From: a virus
IMG/VR virus record: IMGVR_UViG_3300007352_000004
Direction: 5' to 3' (one strand)
Length of the DNA: 51,039 nucleotides
The notes below the pieces were generated by a model. That model was not told where the DNA came from. It ran no database searches and saw only the letters and a list, made by a program, of their open reading frames with translations. A program made the position numbers and the translations under genes. How positions within the stretch are numbered: the stretch's first letter is position 1; each line of letters begins with the position of its first letter. Positions 48,387 to 51,039 of the stretch are shown here, in pieces.

Positions 48387-50543
48387 CTAGAAAACCCCTT
48401 GCAGCAGCGTCGGCACCAGAGAGGCGGCGCTTAGGCCACCACCGCCACGGTTGAACAGCCCGCCCAGCCCGCCCAGGATTCCGCCCAACCCGCCCAGTAG
48501 CGATGGCAGCATTGGCGGCTGATATTGCGGGAAGGCCGTTGGCGGGTAGCCCGTGGCCGCCGAATATTGGTACGGCAGCAAGGGGTTGTACTCCGGCTGC
48601 GTCCTGAGCCACTCGTTGTAGAGCCGCTGCAACTGGTCCTGCTGAATCGAGTACTGCGATTGCCCGATCCCCAGCCCCGTCGCCAGGTTTTGCATCCAGG
48701 TCTGGTCCAGGCCCTGGGCCGTGTCGAGATTGACGCCGAGCAACTGCAATTGCCGCGCGACTTCCGCCATGGCCGCCTGATTCTCGGTGCCATAGAGAGA
48801 CTGCGCCCCCTGCATGGCGTTCTGGAGAAGCTGCTGCGCCGCGTTCGTGCTCGCCCCGAACATTTGGCTCGTTAGCCCGGCACGCTGGTTCATCTGGTTC
48901 ATCAGCGATTCGAAGTTCTGGGCGCTCAACTGCTGCCCGGCCCCGAACCCCTGGCCGGAAAGCTGGCCCGCGGCCTGTAATTCCCGCTGGCGCGCGGCTT
49001 CCTGGGCCGCCAGGGTCATTTGCCCCAACAGGGCGTTCTGGTCCTTGCCCGCCTGCGTCCAGTAGTCGGTGGCGGCGTCGCCAAAGACGGAGGAGAAGCG
49101 ATTCCCCGAGACGTTGAACCCCTCGGTCAAGTCGGCGAAGTTGCGCTCCAGTTGCCGCTGCTGGGCGTCGACCATGGCCTGCCAGGCCGGAGTCGCGTTG
49201 GTGGCGTACCCGGCGTTCTCGGCGATGCCCCGCAGGTACCCCATGTCGGCCCCGGTGTCGGCCAGGAATTGGTCCGGGGAGCCAGCCCCGCCGCCCGCCG
49301 TTCCGCCGCTGGGGTACTGAATGTTGATTTCCGGGAAAGGATTGCCGCCCCCTGGCCCGCCCGCGCCTCCACCCGTCCCTGTTCCCGTCCCGGTCCCCGT
49401 GCCGCCTCCTGGGGGCAGCGGCGGGCCGCCAGTTCCGCCCGGCGGCGGCTGCGTCGTCGGGGGCGGGAACGGATTTGGGTTGAAAGTGCCCCCGCCGGTC
49501 CCGCCGGTCGACCCGGGGAACGGCTGCCAGCCTGGCTGTCCGAACCCAGGAAAGGGGTTGTACTGCGAGGTCGAACCCGCCGGCGCGGTGGTCGACGGCC
49601 CGAATGGTCCCTGGGGAAACTGGTAGCCCGCATATGGCCCCGAGGGCGTCTGCTGGTTGTACCAATCGAGCGCTCCTTGGGTGACGCGGCTCTGGCTTGG
49701 ATCGCCAGCGGCGACCTGCCCCATCGAATACTGGCCCCCCAGGACGTGCTCGGGGCCGTAGCCGTAGCGCTGAATGAAGTGCGGAGGCAGAATCTCGCTC
49801 AAGGGGCCGTAGGGGGCCTGGCCGTGCGGCAACTGATAGGTCTGGAGCCGTTCGGGCAGCAGGGTGTCGCTTGCCCCAAACGACTTGCCCGCCATGCCGG
49901 GGAAGATACGCTCCATCCCGGCCGCGCCCTGGAACTCGCGTCCAGCCGGGACGTTGTAGATGTCGCCCAGCGGGCCTTCCATCCGGGGGCCTTGGCCCGC
50001 GAACCAGCTCAGGAAATCGTTCACCGCGGTGGCGTTCGGGTGCGGCTGCGTGATTGAGGCCGGAACATCGCCACGCGCGGTCGCCGTCGCGGCCGTGCGG
50101 GAGCGGGCCGGTATCGGGGTCTGGACCGTCGCGGCTGGCCCGGCCTGCTGGATCCCGGCATTCGACATCGGGTCGAGCACCCCGGCGCGGCTGTAGAGTT
50201 CCGGCACCAAAGTTTTCATGGCCCCTGGGGCGTCTTTCCCGGCGGCCTGCTGGACCGCCTTCTGGACCGACGCGGGGGTGTAGACCGAGCCGACGCCCTG
50301 GGTGGGAGTCGCGCCACCCTTGGAGGCGGTGGCGTATTGGGTGCCGGTGATGTTGGTGAAGGTCCCGCCAAGCTGTGGCGCCCCCAGGGCTTTGGCGACC
50401 GAGGCGGTCAGGACTGGCTTGCCATCGGGGCCGCGGTGAAACGACGGCATCCTCCCGCGCTCTTCGTAGTATGCCCGCAGCGCCGATTCCGAGATATGGC
50501 CTTCGGCCACCAGGGGGTTTTGGGCGAAGTTTGGTTCAGCCAT
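48387..50543 (-). CDS. Gly/Pro/Gln-rich low-complexity virion protein (internal or ejection protein candidate)
   Basis: 718 aa. It has a central PPPTTQPPPGGTGGPPLPPGGGTGTGTGTGTGGGAGGPGGG tract, Gln-rich coiled-coil-like regions, and a C-terminal LLGGLGGILGGLGGLF. Confidence 0.55.
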   Translation of the reverse strand: MAEPNFAQNPLVAEGHISESALRAYYEERGRMPSFHRGPDGKPVLTASVAKALGAPQLGGTFTNITGTQYATASKGGATPTQGVGSVYTPASVQKAVQQAAGKDAPGAMKTLVPELYSRAGVLDPMSNAGIQQAGPAATVQTPIPARSRTAATATARGDVPASITQPHPNATAVNDFLSWFAGQGPRMEGPLGDIYNVPAGREFQGAAGMERIFPGMAGKSFGASDTLLPERLQTYQLPHGQAPYGPLSEILPPHFIQRYGYGPEHVLGGQYSMGQVAAGDPSQSRVTQGALDWYNQQTPSGPYAGYQFPQGPFGPSTTAPAGSTSQYNPFPGFGQPGWQPFPGSTGGTGGGTFNPNPFPPPTTQPPPGGTGGPPLPPGGGTGTGTGTGTGGGAGGPGGGNPFPEINIQYPSGGTAGGGAGSPDQFLADTGADMGYLRGIAENAGYATNATPAWQAMVDAQQRQLERNFADLTEGFNVSGNRFSSVFGDAATDYWTQAGKDQNALLGQMTLAAQEAARQRELQAAGQLSGQGFGAGQQLSAQNFESLMNQMNQRAGLTSQMFGASTNAAQQLLQNAMQGAQSLYGTENQAAMAEVARQLQLLGVNLDTAQGLDQTWMQNLATGLGIGQSQYSIQQDQLQRLYNEWLRTQPEYNPLLPYQYSAATGYPPTAFPQYQPPMLPSLLGGLGGILGGLGGLFNRGGGGLSAASLVPTLLQGVF
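49371..49400 (-). repeat. five tandem 6-nt units encoding (Thr-Gly)5
   Basis: The plus strand reads ACCCGT CCCTGT TCCCGT CCCGGT CCCCGT, inside the 718-aa gene. Confidence 0.8.
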
Positions 50544-50549
50544 TGGATT

Positions 50550-51039
50550 TTATTTCCCCACTGCAATATCAGCGAATGGGATCTTGTCGAACATCAACTT
50601 AGTCGCCTCGTCTTCTCTCAAAAGCGGCACGAGTCGCATGATGTCGAATCCCTTGCGCTTGATTTCCTCGATAGGGATATAGCCAGAGCGCAGTATCCTG
50701 GAAGGATCAGAAGGGCTTCGTATATCAACGAAAACGCTATCAAGCCCCCTCCCTAGGGCATCGTCATAAAGACGCTCCAGGGCCTTCGCTGTAGTTTTCC
50801 TGGAGCTTGCGCCAGCCATAAGGTCAATTCCGCCATGTGTCAGCCTAATCGCCCCTCTAGCCTGCGCCTCGCTCAGGTCCTGGCCAAGGCCAAGCCGCTG
50901 GCTTAATTGGTGATGATTTTCATCAATTGCAGACTCCACGAACTTTCCGCGAGGCGTGACCATTCCCACAAACGAGAGCGGCGTCATGAGTGAAGAAATA
51001 TCGGGCTGGGCCATTCCCAGCAACGCGCTACGCAGTGTT
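50550..51039 (-). CDS. C-terminal part of the junction-spanning hypothetical virion-module protein (see 1..236)
   Basis: The ORF track starts it at a TTG (51023). The frame is open to the window end and continues into 100..236 once the sequence is circularised. Confidence 0.65.
   Translation of the reverse strand, partial: TLRSALLGMAQPDISSLMTPLSFVGMVTPRGKFVESAIDENHHQLSQRLGLGQDLSEAQARGAIRLTHGGIDLMAGASSRKTTAKALERLYDDALGRGLDSVFVDIRSPSDPSRILRSGYIPIEEIKRKGFDIMRLVPLLREDEATKLMFDKIPFADIAVGK
50941..51039. repeat. terminal 99-bp overlap identical to 1..99
   Basis: Direct comparison. Confidence 0.95.

Noticed and set aside
49371-49400. Short tandem repeat considered as a possible CRISPR or other non-coding array
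   Set aside because: It has only five 6-nt units, no spacers, and lies in-frame within a CDS encoding (Thr-Gly)5. No CRISPR-like repeat-spacer structure exists anywhere in the window.
48190-50057. 491-aa alternative-frame minus ORF (48190..49665) and 345-aa plus ORF (49020..50057) over the Gly/Pro/Gln-rich genes
   Set aside because: The translations are extremely Arg/Gly/Pro-rich, and these ORFs straddle the well-defined SD/ATG boundary at 48377-48387. The low complexity of the region makes this the least certain rejection, and proteomics would settle it.

Overview
The window is one complete, circularly closed genome of about 50.94 kb. Bases 1-99 are identical to 50941-51039, and one CDS reads straight through that junction. 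It is a high-GC temperate tailed phage or prophage-derived element. I found no rRNA, no CRISPR array and no intact tRNA. The genome has four modules. (1) A long minus-strand late operon runs from about 11.6 kb down through base 1 and wraps to 43.8 kb. In order it carries portal, scaffold-like protein, HK97-like major capsid protein, a beta-helix protein, adaptor/tail-like proteins, a GNAT acetyltransferase, then very large Gly/Pro/Gln-rich proteins. This is a T7-like podovirus gene order, with no tape measure, tube or sheath genes recognised. (2) A plus-strand block (13.6-28.0 kb) holds small genes, terL, six consecutive ORFs with signal-peptide-like N-termini (LamG-like, beta-helix, Asp-box propeller features), and a lysozyme-like/holin-like membrane cassette. 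An HNH gene, about 550 bp of non-coding DNA and a terS-like gene lie just upstream. (3) An immunity/integration module (28.0-32.4 kb) has two divergent ribbon-helix-helix genes, tiny membrane proteins downstream of the leftward one, a tyrosine integrase, and an attP-like region built on the 3' half of a tRNA-Lys(UUU). (4) A plus-strand early operon of tightly coupled small genes (32.4-43.8 kb) includes a DNA methyltransferase, an AAA ATPase, a DnaA-domain-IV-like protein, a second HNH, paired winged-helix paralogs, a GroES-like protein and two ClpX-zinc-finger-only proteins. The candidates most worth follow-up are the leader-bearing glycan-binding/degrading cassette coupled to terL, the ClpX-ZBD-only pair with GroES, the membrane-protein operon linked to the repressor candidate, and a 113-bp duplicated junction whose only differences are synonymous. 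All functional calls come from motif reading by eye. No database search was run.
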